A DNA stretch of 64,000 nt, taken from IMG/VR virus record IMGVR_UViG_3300042350_003801; one strand, 5' to 3'. This stretch comes from a virus. Taxonomy: Duplodnaviria > Caudoviricetes. This document shows positions 18,508-26,804 of this stretch, one piece after another; positions within the stretch are counted from its first letter, which is position 1; every line of letters starts with the position of its first letter. The notes below the pieces were generated by a model. It worked only from the letters and a program-made list of their open reading frames with translations. It was not told the origin of the DNA and searched no databases. Made by a program: the position numbers and the translations under genes.

Positions 18508-18608
18508 ACGGTTGCATAGTTTGGTCCTAAAAAGTCTTGTGGATTGGTAAGTGCTTCTGGTTTTTGTAGGAGGTCAGAAAATTTTTGATGGACATTTGAG
18601 TGATTCAT
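18471..18608 (-). pseudogene. N-terminal fragment of a family gene joined out of frame to serS
   Basis: [34 protein letters not shown] then serS DNA from 18507. Confidence 0.8.
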
Positions 18609-18973
18609 AGGTCTTTGGTTGAGAAAACTACGTTATCTTGGGATGGTTTAAGTTTGTTCATCATATTTGTGAGCAGCCGCTCCGGTTCTGTTGAATTGTC
18701 CCAGTACATTACGGTCCAGTAACTAGCTCGTGATTCGTAATCAGCCCTATAAAATCTATAACCCATTGGGGCTGGTGTTAGGTCTTCATGTAGAATATCT
18801 CCACTGATTGGCGGGCCGCTATACCCTTTAGGCACTCTACGAATATAAAATATGGTTTTAGTTGATTTCCGGCTAAACAGATGTTCCCAAAAACCCGTCT
18901 CCACTACTTCAAAGGCAACCTCATAAAAATATCGATTGAAATCAAATTGGTGTTCAAGTGAATAATAAGTCAC
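18605..18973 (-). CDS. Hypothetical protein
   Basis: 122-aa coupled ORF. Confidence 0.6.
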   Translation of the reverse strand: MTYYSLEHQFDFNRYFYEVAFEVVETGFWEHLFSRKSTKTIFYIRRVPKGYSGPPISGDILHEDLTPAPMGYRFYRADYESRASYWTVMYWDNSTEPERLLTNMMNKLKPSQDNVVFSTKDL

Positions 18974-19689
18974 AGCTCTGGAAAATAAGAGAACACTTCT
19001 TCCGAAACAAAAACATCATCAGACCGAAGAAATGCTTTAATTTCAGAATAATCTTCGCCAGGACGAATATGATAAGTATAACCTCCACCGTGAGCACTAG
19101 TTCCACAATAAAAGTGTCGCCCATCTACATCATCAACTACCGCCCAGTCATCAGTACAATCCCATCCTTTGTACTCAATCGCACCAGAGTCAATGATTGT
19201 TCCAGTTTTATGAACAAGGGAAAGTTGACGGTATTCCCGTGCTTCATCAACTACATCAATTACTTTCGTTTCACAAAATCTTACAGAGATTCCAAGTTGT
19301 TCAGTGAGTTGTTCACAAAGATTCAAAATTTTCTCCCCGTCAAATGGAAGTTCCATATCTACAATTTCATTAGAATAAATCTCGTTAAAACTCTTATTCT
19401 CTGTAACTACAAATTTCCCGTTTCCAATGTAGTTTGCATAAGGATAACTTGTATGATAAAGTTCCATTAAGGGTTCACGTTCAGGACCAAAATGTAGGCT
19501 ACAAACTTGAATACCCGAGAAAACCTGAGATACAGGAAACCCTGCAGATTTTAGAGTTTCTTTAACATATTTTTCGAGAGTATCTGAAAGTTCCTGTCTC
19601 TTTTTTATACTTTTTTGATACATATCATTGATTCCAAGGAAAGTTTTAATCTCTTGTTGAATGTCACATTTAGAGAGAGGGAAATTCAT
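18970..19689 (-). CDS. Hypothetical protein
   Basis: 239-aa ORF after a promoter module. Confidence 0.65.
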   Translation of the reverse strand: MNFPLSKCDIQQEIKTFLGINDMYQKSIKKRQELSDTLEKYVKETLKSAGFPVSQVFSGIQVCSLHFGPEREPLMELYHTSYPYANYIGNGKFVVTENKSFNEIYSNEIVDMELPFDGEKILNLCEQLTEQLGISVRFCETKVIDVVDEAREYRQLSLVHKTGTIIDSGAIEYKGWDCTDDWAVVDDVDGRHFYCGTSAHGGGYTYHIRPGEDYSEIKAFLRSDDVFVSEEVFSYFPEL

Positions 19690-19730
19690 AGTTCTTTAGG
19701 TGAATTTGTTGACGATGTTACAATAACACG

Positions 19731-19765
19731 AACCGGCACGACACTGGAGGAGTGCTGTGCCAGTT
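19731..19765. repeat. 35-bp imperfect palindrome, copy 1
   Basis: aaccggcacgacactggaggagtgctgtgccagtt; 33/35 identical to 20110-20144. Confidence 0.85.
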
Positions 19766-19847
19766 CTAGAAGTGTTCGCCGGAAGAGTAATTATCAATGG
19801 CACTCAATAGATTGTAAATGCCTTCACAATTATCAAAACTTGGAGTA

Positions 19848-20075
19848 TTAAGAATTCCAGTCAAAGAAGGAAAAATCAACATCAAAAGTGAGAAACCCAA
19901 TACCAATAAAAAAGACAGTGTTGGAATAACTATCTCTAAACGGATTCAAAGAAAAATTAAATCCAAAAAGAGTGCTAGTTTTTGCAACATTTAGAGTCCA
20001 CCGTCGCTTTTCAATTTTTAGAAGTTCTTTGTAAATTCCAAGTGGAAGTTCAAACAACATAGAAAATGAAAACAT
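19848..20075 (-). CDS. Small hypothetical protein
   Basis: 75-aa ORF between the two 35-bp repeats. Confidence 0.5.
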   Translation of the reverse strand: MFSFSMLFELPLGIYKELLKIEKRRWTLNVAKTSTLFGFNFSLNPFRDSYSNTVFFIGIGFLTFDVDFSFFDWNS

Positions 20076-20109
20076 TAAAGTTTCTTTTGGGTAACCTTAC
20101 AATAGCGCA

Positions 20110-20157
20110 AACTGGCACGACACTGGAGAAGTGCTGTGCCAGTTGATTAAGTGTCAC
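20110..20157. promoter_or_regulatory. 35-bp palindrome copy 2 plus full dyad
   Basis: aactggcac...gtgccagtt-gatt-aagtgtcac; TATTGT -10-like hexamer downstream on the minus strand. Confidence 0.75.
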
Positions 20158-20474
20158 AATAAAGTGAATTTCAATAAAACACAAATAGGACGAAAAGATG
20201 CTATGAGGTGACTTTTACTTTTATGAATTTCGGGCACATAATCTGTAAACAGAACATAAACATCATTGTTTTTGTAATCGTCTAAAGAATAATCTACAGG
20301 GAGCAACTCATATGCTTCTTTTAGTTTATCTTCATTGAGAGTGTGCCATTGACTAGGGGTAAAACCATCTTTCTTAAGTTCATTATAAATGTCAGGAAAA
20401 CCTTGAGACCATTCACAATGAAACTCCTTGTCCATTATAATAGGAACAAGAAAATCATCCAGTTTTTTCACCAC
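20154..20474 (-). CDS. Hypothetical protein
   Basis: 106-aa ORF; stop inside the dyad. Confidence 0.6.
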   Translation of the reverse strand: MVKKLDDFLVPIIMDKEFHCEWSQGFPDIYNELKKDGFTPSQWHTLNEDKLKEAYELLPVDYSLDDYKNNDVYVLFTDYVPEIHKSKSHLIASFRPICVLLKFTLL

Positions 20475-20677
20475 CCTAACCCAACCACTTCGCGTAAAGT
20501 TCCATCTGAATCACGAAGAATAACATTTCCACCGCCTTTACGAGTTTCTATCGCTTTTTTGTAAAGGGCCATGGCGCGGCGGAAGATTTCACCACGGGAA
20601 TGGCCCGTTTGTTCAACAAGGTCTTGCATGTCCTGGGCGAGATCAAGTGGCATAATTACATTGAATCTAGTTTCCAT
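20468..20677 (-). CDS. Ribbon-helix-helix (CopG-like) DNA-binding protein
   Basis: RFNVIMP beta strand then two helices (LVEQTGHSRGEIFRRAMALY). Confidence 0.7.
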   Translation of the reverse strand: METRFNVIMPLDLAQDMQDLVEQTGHSRGEIFRRAMALYKKAIETRKGGGNVILRDSDGTLREVVGLGW

Positions 20678-22693
20678 CGTCTTCCATCAATGAGTTTTCT
20701 TGAAACTTAGCGGTGGCTTCCCGTAACTTTTTGATTTTCTGCTCTATTTCATTTTTATTGCAGCATCCAGAAAGATAGTAACCTAAAAGATACCCGATCA
20801 TATCTAATTCTCTACAATTAGTGAGCAAATCAGATAATAAATCCTCTGCCTCTTTGTATGTAAGTGGGTATTGTATTGGTTCTTTCTTAGGGAAGAAAAA
20901 GTTGGTGATTTTATTAAAAAGGTTCATTCTTCTTCTCCTCAAGCAATTGTATGGCTTCGTCATAACCTGCCCAATTGTCCACGCCAACGGCAAATAGACA
21001 GTTAAGAAAGTTACTGTCTTCTAAGAGTTGATTGAATTCCTTTACGGAAATTGTGATTGTTTCATTTGTCATTTTGATTTTCCTTTTTAGCTTCAAGAAG
21101 TTTAAGATAACGTTCAATATCACTTTCTATCACCTTAGCACTATTCATCTCCATTTCAACAATATAATGATAATGCCATTTGTAAGAATTAATTAGTCCA
21201 TCTTCAGTTAGAAGTTCTTCTGGAATTTCTTCATCAACGAAGCGATATTTAATCCAGACTTTAAGGTATTCTTCAAGTTTAGATTCTGCACGTTCTCTGT
21301 TGTCATAGACACCTTTAACGGCATAACCTAAGTCAACATCTTCACAGATTAGATAAATTTTGGTTGTCATTTCAGTTCCTCCATAACTTGGGTTTTAATG
21401 TCAGTGGTATCGGCACTTTTTAAGATAATGGGTTTAATGTTCCCATCATCACTAACTGCAAGAAAAGCATACTCCGAAAGTTTCCTTCCCCACATAAAAA
21501 CATCAATTTTTTCGGAATTGAAATAAGCCGATTTTTCTGGGTGTTTTAGTGATACTAAGAGAAGTTTCATTTCACTTTCTCCATAAATCCCTCAAAGTAT
21601 TCCGTAAAAAAGTAAAAAGCAAGACACTGTTTGTTATTATTCAATTCTACCCCAAAAAGTGAATCAGATTGGAGAAATGAAAGTGTTATATGAAATCCAC
21701 CAGAGGAATAACAATGATTGGTAGGATTTTCATAATTCACCCATAGTAATGAACTATTTTTGAGAATGCCAAACTGCCAAGTGTGAGAGGTTTCGCCGTT
21801 GTCCCAAGTTTTTTCATTGTACTGGAGAAGTTTCATTTCACTTTCTCAAACTTTTTCCTAAGACGCAAATACTCTTTATGCTCTTTATCGTCTTTCTGTT
21901 TCAGGTAATTTTGAATGGTCTGTTTAATAAGGACTTTCTTATCAACTTCTTCGCAAACAATAATGTTGTCCATTACCTCTTCATAATCTTCGTCAGTTGT
22001 ATCTTCATACCATTCTTGAAGATAATGATTGAATGTGCTAATAATTCCATCTCGCCAGTTTTCTTCACCTTCGTAAGGCTCAAGGTAATCTGTTACTATT
22101 CCTTTATGATCGGCATAGAGAATAAAGTAGTTTTTAGTTTCTTCGGTCATCTTTCTTTGATGTTAAATTTTTTAATTGAACTAAGTCTAAAGGTTTTAAT
22201 CTTATCGTCAATTAAGACTTTGGCATGAGGAATCTTTGGCGCCATTGCACTACTATTGGATGGATAAAAAATTTCCACAATCTCCCCAGTGTCACCTTCT
22301 TCCGCATATGTTTCCAGTTCAGGTGAATAGCGATAAATGTCTCGCTTGAGTCTGACTTTATCCCCAGGTTTAAATGTCATTTTGATTCTCCTTTTTAGCT
22401 TCAAGAATTTTAAGATAATTGAGTTTCCATTCAATATCACGTTCCAACTGTTCAGCACTATTCAATTCCATTTCTTCAATGTAATGCTTATGATAATTCC
22501 CAGCATTAAATAATCCATCTTCATCTAGTAGTTCTTTGGGTATTTCACAATGATTGAAGCGTCTTGTGACCCAGGCACCAAGATACTCTTTAAGTTTGGA
22601 TTCTGCTAGTTCTCTGTCGTCATAAACACCTTTAACACAATATGCACCGTGTTGTGAATCAATATCTTCACAGATTAGATAAACTTTTGTCAA
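20667..22693 (-). CDS. Operon of about eight small hypothetical genes, including paralogs 21062..21370 and 22370..22693
   Basis: Consecutive overlapping ORFs; the paralogs share YLICED..GVYD.RE.AESKL.EY and LEAKKENQND. Confidence 0.6.
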
Positions 22694-22802
22694 AGCGATT
22701 GGTTCAAAGATCAGTTGTATTATGACACGAGTTTATGAGCTTTTGGCAAATGGTGTGCCAGTTTGAGAAGCGTCTTTTTGGATTAATGAAAAGTTAAACT
22801 TT

Positions 22803-22838
22803 TATAAATAGATATGTAATAAACAAATATTACATATG
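22803..22838 (+). promoter_or_regulatory. T4-type late promoter plus hairpin over the tnpB start codon
   Basis: TATAAATA at 22803-22810; 10-bp perfect stem 22812-22821/22828-22837 including A and T of the ATG. Confidence 0.75.
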
Positions 22839-24014
22839 AAACATAGAGCATACAAATATAGGTTCTATCCTACTCAAGACCAAGAAGTTATTCTTCGCAA
22901 GTCTATGGGGTGTGCTCGTTTTGTCTATAATTATTTTCTTGATTATAAAAGCAAAAAGTGGAAAGAAGAACAAAAGAGTGTTTCAGTATATGAAACATCT
23001 CGCATTCTCACACAACTCAAGAAAGAAACTGAATATGAATGGTTAAAGGAGCCGGTAGCGGCTGTGCTTCAAGGTTCTCTTATCAATCTAAATGATGCAT
23101 ATCAGAGGTTCTTTAAAGGTAAGGCAAACTATCCAAAGTTTAAGAAAAAGTCTAGAAGAAATAGTCTCTATTTTTCACCAAATGCCTTTTCGTATAAGAA
23201 CGGAAATATTAGTCTCTACAAATGTGGAGTAATTAATATTCGTTGGAGTAGAACTTTACCGGATGGAGTTTACCCAAAGAGTTGTGTAGTTTCACTTGAA
23301 CCTTCCGGTCGTTGGTGTATTTCTATTTTAATAGAAGACCCAACAATAGAAGAACTTGAACCGGTAGAAAAATCTATCGGTCTTGATATGGGCATTAATC
23401 ATTTTGTGGTTTCAAGTGATGGAAATAAAATTAAGTCTCCTGCTCTTAAAAAAGAGTACGCCAAATTAAAAAAACTACAAAGAAAATTAAGTAAAAAACA
23501 AAAAGGTTCTAATAACAGGCATAAAGCAAGATTAAAAGTTGCTAAACAATATCAAAAAATTACTGATATTAGAACCGATTTTCAACAAAAACTTTCAACT
23601 AAACTGGTGCGCGAGAACCAAACCATCTGTTTAGAAACTTTGAATATTGTTGGAATGGTAAAGAACCGCAAACTTTCAAGAGCAATTAGTGAAGCATCTT
23701 GGGGAACTTTTATTGATATGCTTGAGTATAAATGCGGTTGGTATGGTCGTAATCTTGTGAGGATTGACCGTTGGTATCCTTCAAGCAAAACTTGCAGTTC
23801 TTGCGGTTCAGTTCAGTCTAAAATGCCATTAAATATTCGTGAATGGACTTGCCCGAATTGTGGGGTTCATCACGATAGAGATATTAATGCAGCAAAGAAT
23901 ATTCTTGCGGTAGGAAATACCGTCTATGCCTGTGGAGGTAATGTAAGACCAAAGGAAGTGAGTTCCAGAGGCAATTCCGTTGAAGCAGGAAACTTAAACT
24001 GTGAGGTTAAGTAA
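22836..24014 (+). CDS. tnpB: TnpB, second lineage
   Basis: RAYKYRFYP, GLDMG / ETL / DRDINA, CSSC..CPNC. Confidence 0.95.
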   Translation: MKHRAYKYRFYPTQDQEVILRKSMGCARFVYNYFLDYKSKKWKEEQKSVSVYETSRILTQLKKETEYEWLKEPVAAVLQGSLINLNDAYQRFFKGKANYPKFKKKSRRNSLYFSPNAFSYKNGNISLYKCGVINIRWSRTLPDGVYPKSCVVSLEPSGRWCISILIEDPTIEELEPVEKSIGLDMGINHFVVSSDGNKIKSPALKKEYAKLKKLQRKLSKKQKGSNNRHKARLKVAKQYQKITDIRTDFQQKLSTKLVRENQTICLETLNIVGMVKNRKLSRAISEASWGTFIDMLEYKCGWYGRNLVRIDRWYPSSKTCSSCGSVQSKMPLNIREWTCPNCGVHHDRDINAAKNILAVGNTVYACGGNVRPKEVSSRGNSVEAGNLNCEVK

Positions 24015-24066
24015 TTTTCAATTTTAGTTCAAAGGTCAGTTGTAGTATGGAAAGAATTTGAGATCT

Positions 24067-24522
24067 TCAATTAGAAGCTGTGTCAATAAACTCCAGATTT
24101 TTTCCTACCCATTCAGGGCTATACGAATAGACCTCGCCTTCAATGCCCAGGGCAATATAATTAGGATGCGAAACAACTCTTGTCCCCTCCAGCGTTTCTA
24201 GAGTAACAGTAGTATCCTCTGGAATAGGAATACACCTACAAAGTTCTTTCCTACAATAAATTCCAGAATCTTTTTCGGTTTCTTCCCAGGTTTTATGAAA
24301 AATGTCAATCTTACAGGGATATGGATCAGCACCATCAACTGGAATGACGACAAAATCAATTCCTTGCTCTGCTACTAGGTTTCCTTCGCCGTATTTGGAT
24401 TCAAATACCTCAGTTCCATTTACTTCACGAATCCTTACAAGAGTTTTCCGCCTTGCAACTTTAGGCTCACCAAAATGAGTGATTGCTTCTTGAGAGTTTG
24501 AGATAGTGATCGGGGTGCTCAT
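24067..24522 (-). CDS. Hypothetical protein, PGDYG-like tandem domain
   Basis: G.DFVV..VDG..PYPCK.DIF.KTWE-type motif with a second similar unit. Confidence 0.5.
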   Translation of the reverse strand: MSTPITISNSQEAITHFGEPKVARRKTLVRIREVNGTEVFESKYGEGNLVAEQGIDFVVIPVDGADPYPCKIDIFHKTWEETEKDSGIYCRKELCRCIPIPEDTTVTLETLEGTRVVSHPNYIALGIEGEVYSYSPEWVGKNLEFIDTASN

Positions 24523-24601
24523 AGTATTGTTTTAAGGGCAATGGTATCATTGCATTTGTTTGTGGGTTTTTATTAGAGAATGTGCCAGTTTAAAAAGTGT
24601 C

Positions 24602-24823
24602 TCACCAATTAATTGTCATTTTCCAAAAAACATCATTATAATGCACGGTATAGCCGTCTTTCTCTAGTTCTTCTTTAATTTTTCTCCAAATTTTATGATG
24701 TCTAAATTTCTTTCCAAAATCAAGAGTCACAAAAGAATTACCACATTTTGGTTCAGTTGCATCTTTGATTTCCTTATAAATTTGGGTAAGTGCAAGTTCT
24801 AAAACCGCCTCATCGGTATTCAC
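24602..24823 (-). CDS. Hypothetical protein
   Basis: 73-aa ORF downstream of a TTGACA-N17-TACGCT promoter-like site; stop in the dyad. Confidence 0.55.
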   Translation of the reverse strand: MNTDEAVLELALTQIYKEIKDATEPKCGNSFVTLDFGKKFRHHKIWRKIKEELEKDGYTVHYNDVFWKMTINW

Positions 24824-25002
24824 TTTGCCTGTTCTTTCTCTTGCTTCTTTTGCGGTGATTCGTTCTCCTTATTTAATAGTATTAAATACCGGGGTGGTAT
24901 CACTTTTGACAAAGAGGAGCGTAGCAGACTATGAATGTCTTGTCAATAGGTAGGAATACTATGTTAGCGGATGCCAACAACGCCCACAAGCACTTGACAA
25001 AA

Positions 25003-25419
25003 TTAACCGAGTCTGCTACAGTAAAGGTCATAGAAAACTGCTTCTAGCCGATTGGCCCTAATTTCCCACGGCTGATTATCATAGTCATCGCTTTCATAAA
25101 AAACTCCGTTCCAATAGCGTTTACCGTTTTGTTCAGTAAGATTGCCTTTGATGTAGTCTTCAATATGAATCATCTCGTGAATGAGAGTCATTATATATTC
25201 TTTTCCGTTGAGATAATGGTGAATTTCAATAGTAAACTCTCTAGGGTCTTCAAGTTCACCCGAAACATACATTACGGCAGAATCTTCTGACAAGAATAAA
25301 TGTTCAATTGTTACATCGTATTCATATTCCTTAAGGAATGTTTTGTCAAACCAGGAGAGAACACTTCTACAAACAACATTTTGTTGGTAGGTTGCCCCAA
25401 TTATATCAGAAAAGAGCAT
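25003..25419 (-). CDS. Zincin-like HExxH protein
   Basis: LIHEMIH and Y..QPWE..A motifs. Confidence 0.7.
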   Translation of the reverse strand: MLFSDIIGATYQQNVVCRSVLSWFDKTFLKEYEYDVTIEHLFLSEDSAVMYVSGELEDPREFTIEIHHYLNGKEYIMTLIHEMIHIEDYIKGNLTEQNGKRYWNGVFYESDDYDNQPWEIRANRLEAVFYDLYCSRLG

Positions 25420-25587
25420 AGCGAATGAAAACGTCTACGACTCTTGTTCCCCAGTTCATCATCCACAAAAATGAGACAATGAAAATGAGTTTTTCTTTGG
25501 TAGTCATTATCTTATTGTTAGGCTTTTTTATGCTAAGGGATTTTTGTGGAGTTTGGGGTTGTCTGTGGACAGATTTAAAAGTGGCGC

Positions 25588-25730
25588 AAAAAGAAAAAGA
25601 GCAGCTTGAGAGCCCACCAACTCTCTCACCACTCTCCCTCTTACGCTATAAGATAAAAGAAGAACGAGGCGAAATCTTCCGTTATCTTATAGCATTCCGG
25701 GGGTGCTCTTGGCGCCTCTCTCAGAACATT
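25588..25730 (-). ncRNA. Candidate structured small RNA
   Basis: Perfect 12-bp stem 25645-25656/25682-25693, terminator-like hairpin plus U-tract at about 25588-25634, dyad promoter at 25769; no ORF on the transcribed strand. Confidence 0.45.
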
Positions 25731-25792
25731 GTTAATTTAGCACGTTCACCTCCGTTTTGTTGCAGCGTGTGCCAGTTCGTCTAGCGTCCTAA

Positions 25793-25875
25793 AAGAAAAG
25801 GGGCCTGTTGAGCCCCTCGGTAAATGGTAAATCAGGGGTTATGAGCCCTATTGGGGAACAACTCCCAACTCATTA
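25793..25875 (-). ncRNA. Candidate small RNA containing an initiator-tRNA-like anticodon loop
   Basis: Dyad at 25911, TATTCT -10, GGGCTCATAACCC at 25836-25848, hairpin plus U-tract end; no T-arm, so not a tRNA. Confidence 0.35.
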
Positions 25876-25964
25876 AGAATACAGCAAAACCATCAAAACA
25901 GTGAAAGCGTGTGCCAGTTTCACAACCGGCCCCAACTAAATAAGATATACTCAACTTAAGTAAT

Positions 25965-26315
25965 ATGGCCGCGACTGTTTTAAGAGGTAAACTTGGCACG
26001 GGTTCTTCAAATGGAACTGTAAATTATACCAATACAACTGGTGGGAATGTAAGACTTATCATCAATTATGTAGATTCTATTGCATCAACTGCAAATATTT
26101 CAATGTCTTGGGGTGGTTCTGCAAGTATTACCGAAACAAATGTTAGAGCCTTTGGCAAATATGTTGCATCAGCCAGTAACCTACAAAACATTTCAGTGTT
26201 TTCGGCAAATAGTTCTCCTCAGGCACTTCCAGTAGAGATTTATTTACAGCCAGCAGATACTTTTAGCATGACGTGTAATAATTACAATATCGTTGTTATT
26301 CCAGAAGCTGGTTAA
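25965..26315 (+). CDS. Small late (probably virion) protein
   Basis: CTAAATA late promoter at 25936-25942; S/T/N-rich. Confidence 0.65.
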   Translation: MAATVLRGKLGTGSSNGTVNYTNTTGGNVRLIINYVDSIASTANISMSWGGSASITETNVRAFGKYVASASNLQNISVFSANSSPQALPVEIYLQPADTFSMTCNNYNIVVIPEAG

Positions 26316-26485
26316 ACCGGAATATTAAATCCTCTGGTAGTAAATGGTGAAGGTTTTACATCATCCGCAAGTTCAGCCCTTGATACTGCACCATCTTGAA
26401 TTTTACTGCTGGTAACTGCACTATCGGCTAGATCAACAGTATTAACGGTCCCATCTTTAAAAGTTTCGGCTTGTGTTTGTGACAT
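26312..26485 (-). CDS. 57-aa protein with fibre-type AVTSSKIQDGAV repeat
   Basis: Manual translation, below the ORF-track cut-off. Confidence 0.55.
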   Translation of the reverse strand: MSQTQAETFKDGTVNTVDLADSAVTSSKIQDGAVSRAELADDVKPSPFTTRGFNIPV

Positions 26486-26490
26486 TTTAG

Positions 26491-26802
26491 TTAATTAGGT
26501 TTACTATTTAATAGAGAAATTACTACACATTTTTCATCAATATACCAGGCACATAAAGATTTAATGCAAGGCTGCTTTAATAGTGGGCAATACTTTACAT
26601 CTTTTGGTGATTCGGGTATTTCTTTAATAATCCAATGGTCTTCCCTCCATATCGCCAGTTCATTATCATTCGTTGAAGGAGGTTCAATCTCTGTTGCATT
26701 TGCTGGTATTAGATAAATACCTGGAGCATCTAAAGGCGATTGTTGAGCATCTTCTTCATATAGAAAATGCTTTGTTTCAGGATGATAGTTGTATATCTTC
26801 AT
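26491..26802 (-). CDS. Tail fibre assembly chaperone-like protein
   Basis: IYNY..ET..F......SPL...G.YLIPANAT.IEPP motif, directly after the fibre gene. Confidence 0.75.
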   Translation of the reverse strand: MKIYNYHPETKHFLYEEDAQQSPLDAPGIYLIPANATEIEPPSTNDNELAIWREDHWIIKEIPESPKDVKYCPLLKQPCIKSLCAWYIDEKCVVISLLNSKPN

Positions 26803-26804
26803 AA

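Noticed and set aside
18525-18540. Programmed -1 frameshift from the family fragment into serS
   Set aside because: The best site C-TTT-TTA is not a full XXXYYYZ heptamer.
24823-24875. Possible ATC start upstream of 24602..24823 after an AAGGAG
   Set aside because: Single instance; cannot be distinguished from a mutated start or a sequencing error.
25425-25784. Plus-strand 119-aa ORF and the many other short antisense ORFs in the track
   Set aside because: They overlap better-supported genes, promoters or hairpins on the opposite strand and show no recognisable motifs.
25793-25875. Complete tRNA-Met gene
   Set aside because: No TTCRA T-arm, acceptor stem or CCA.
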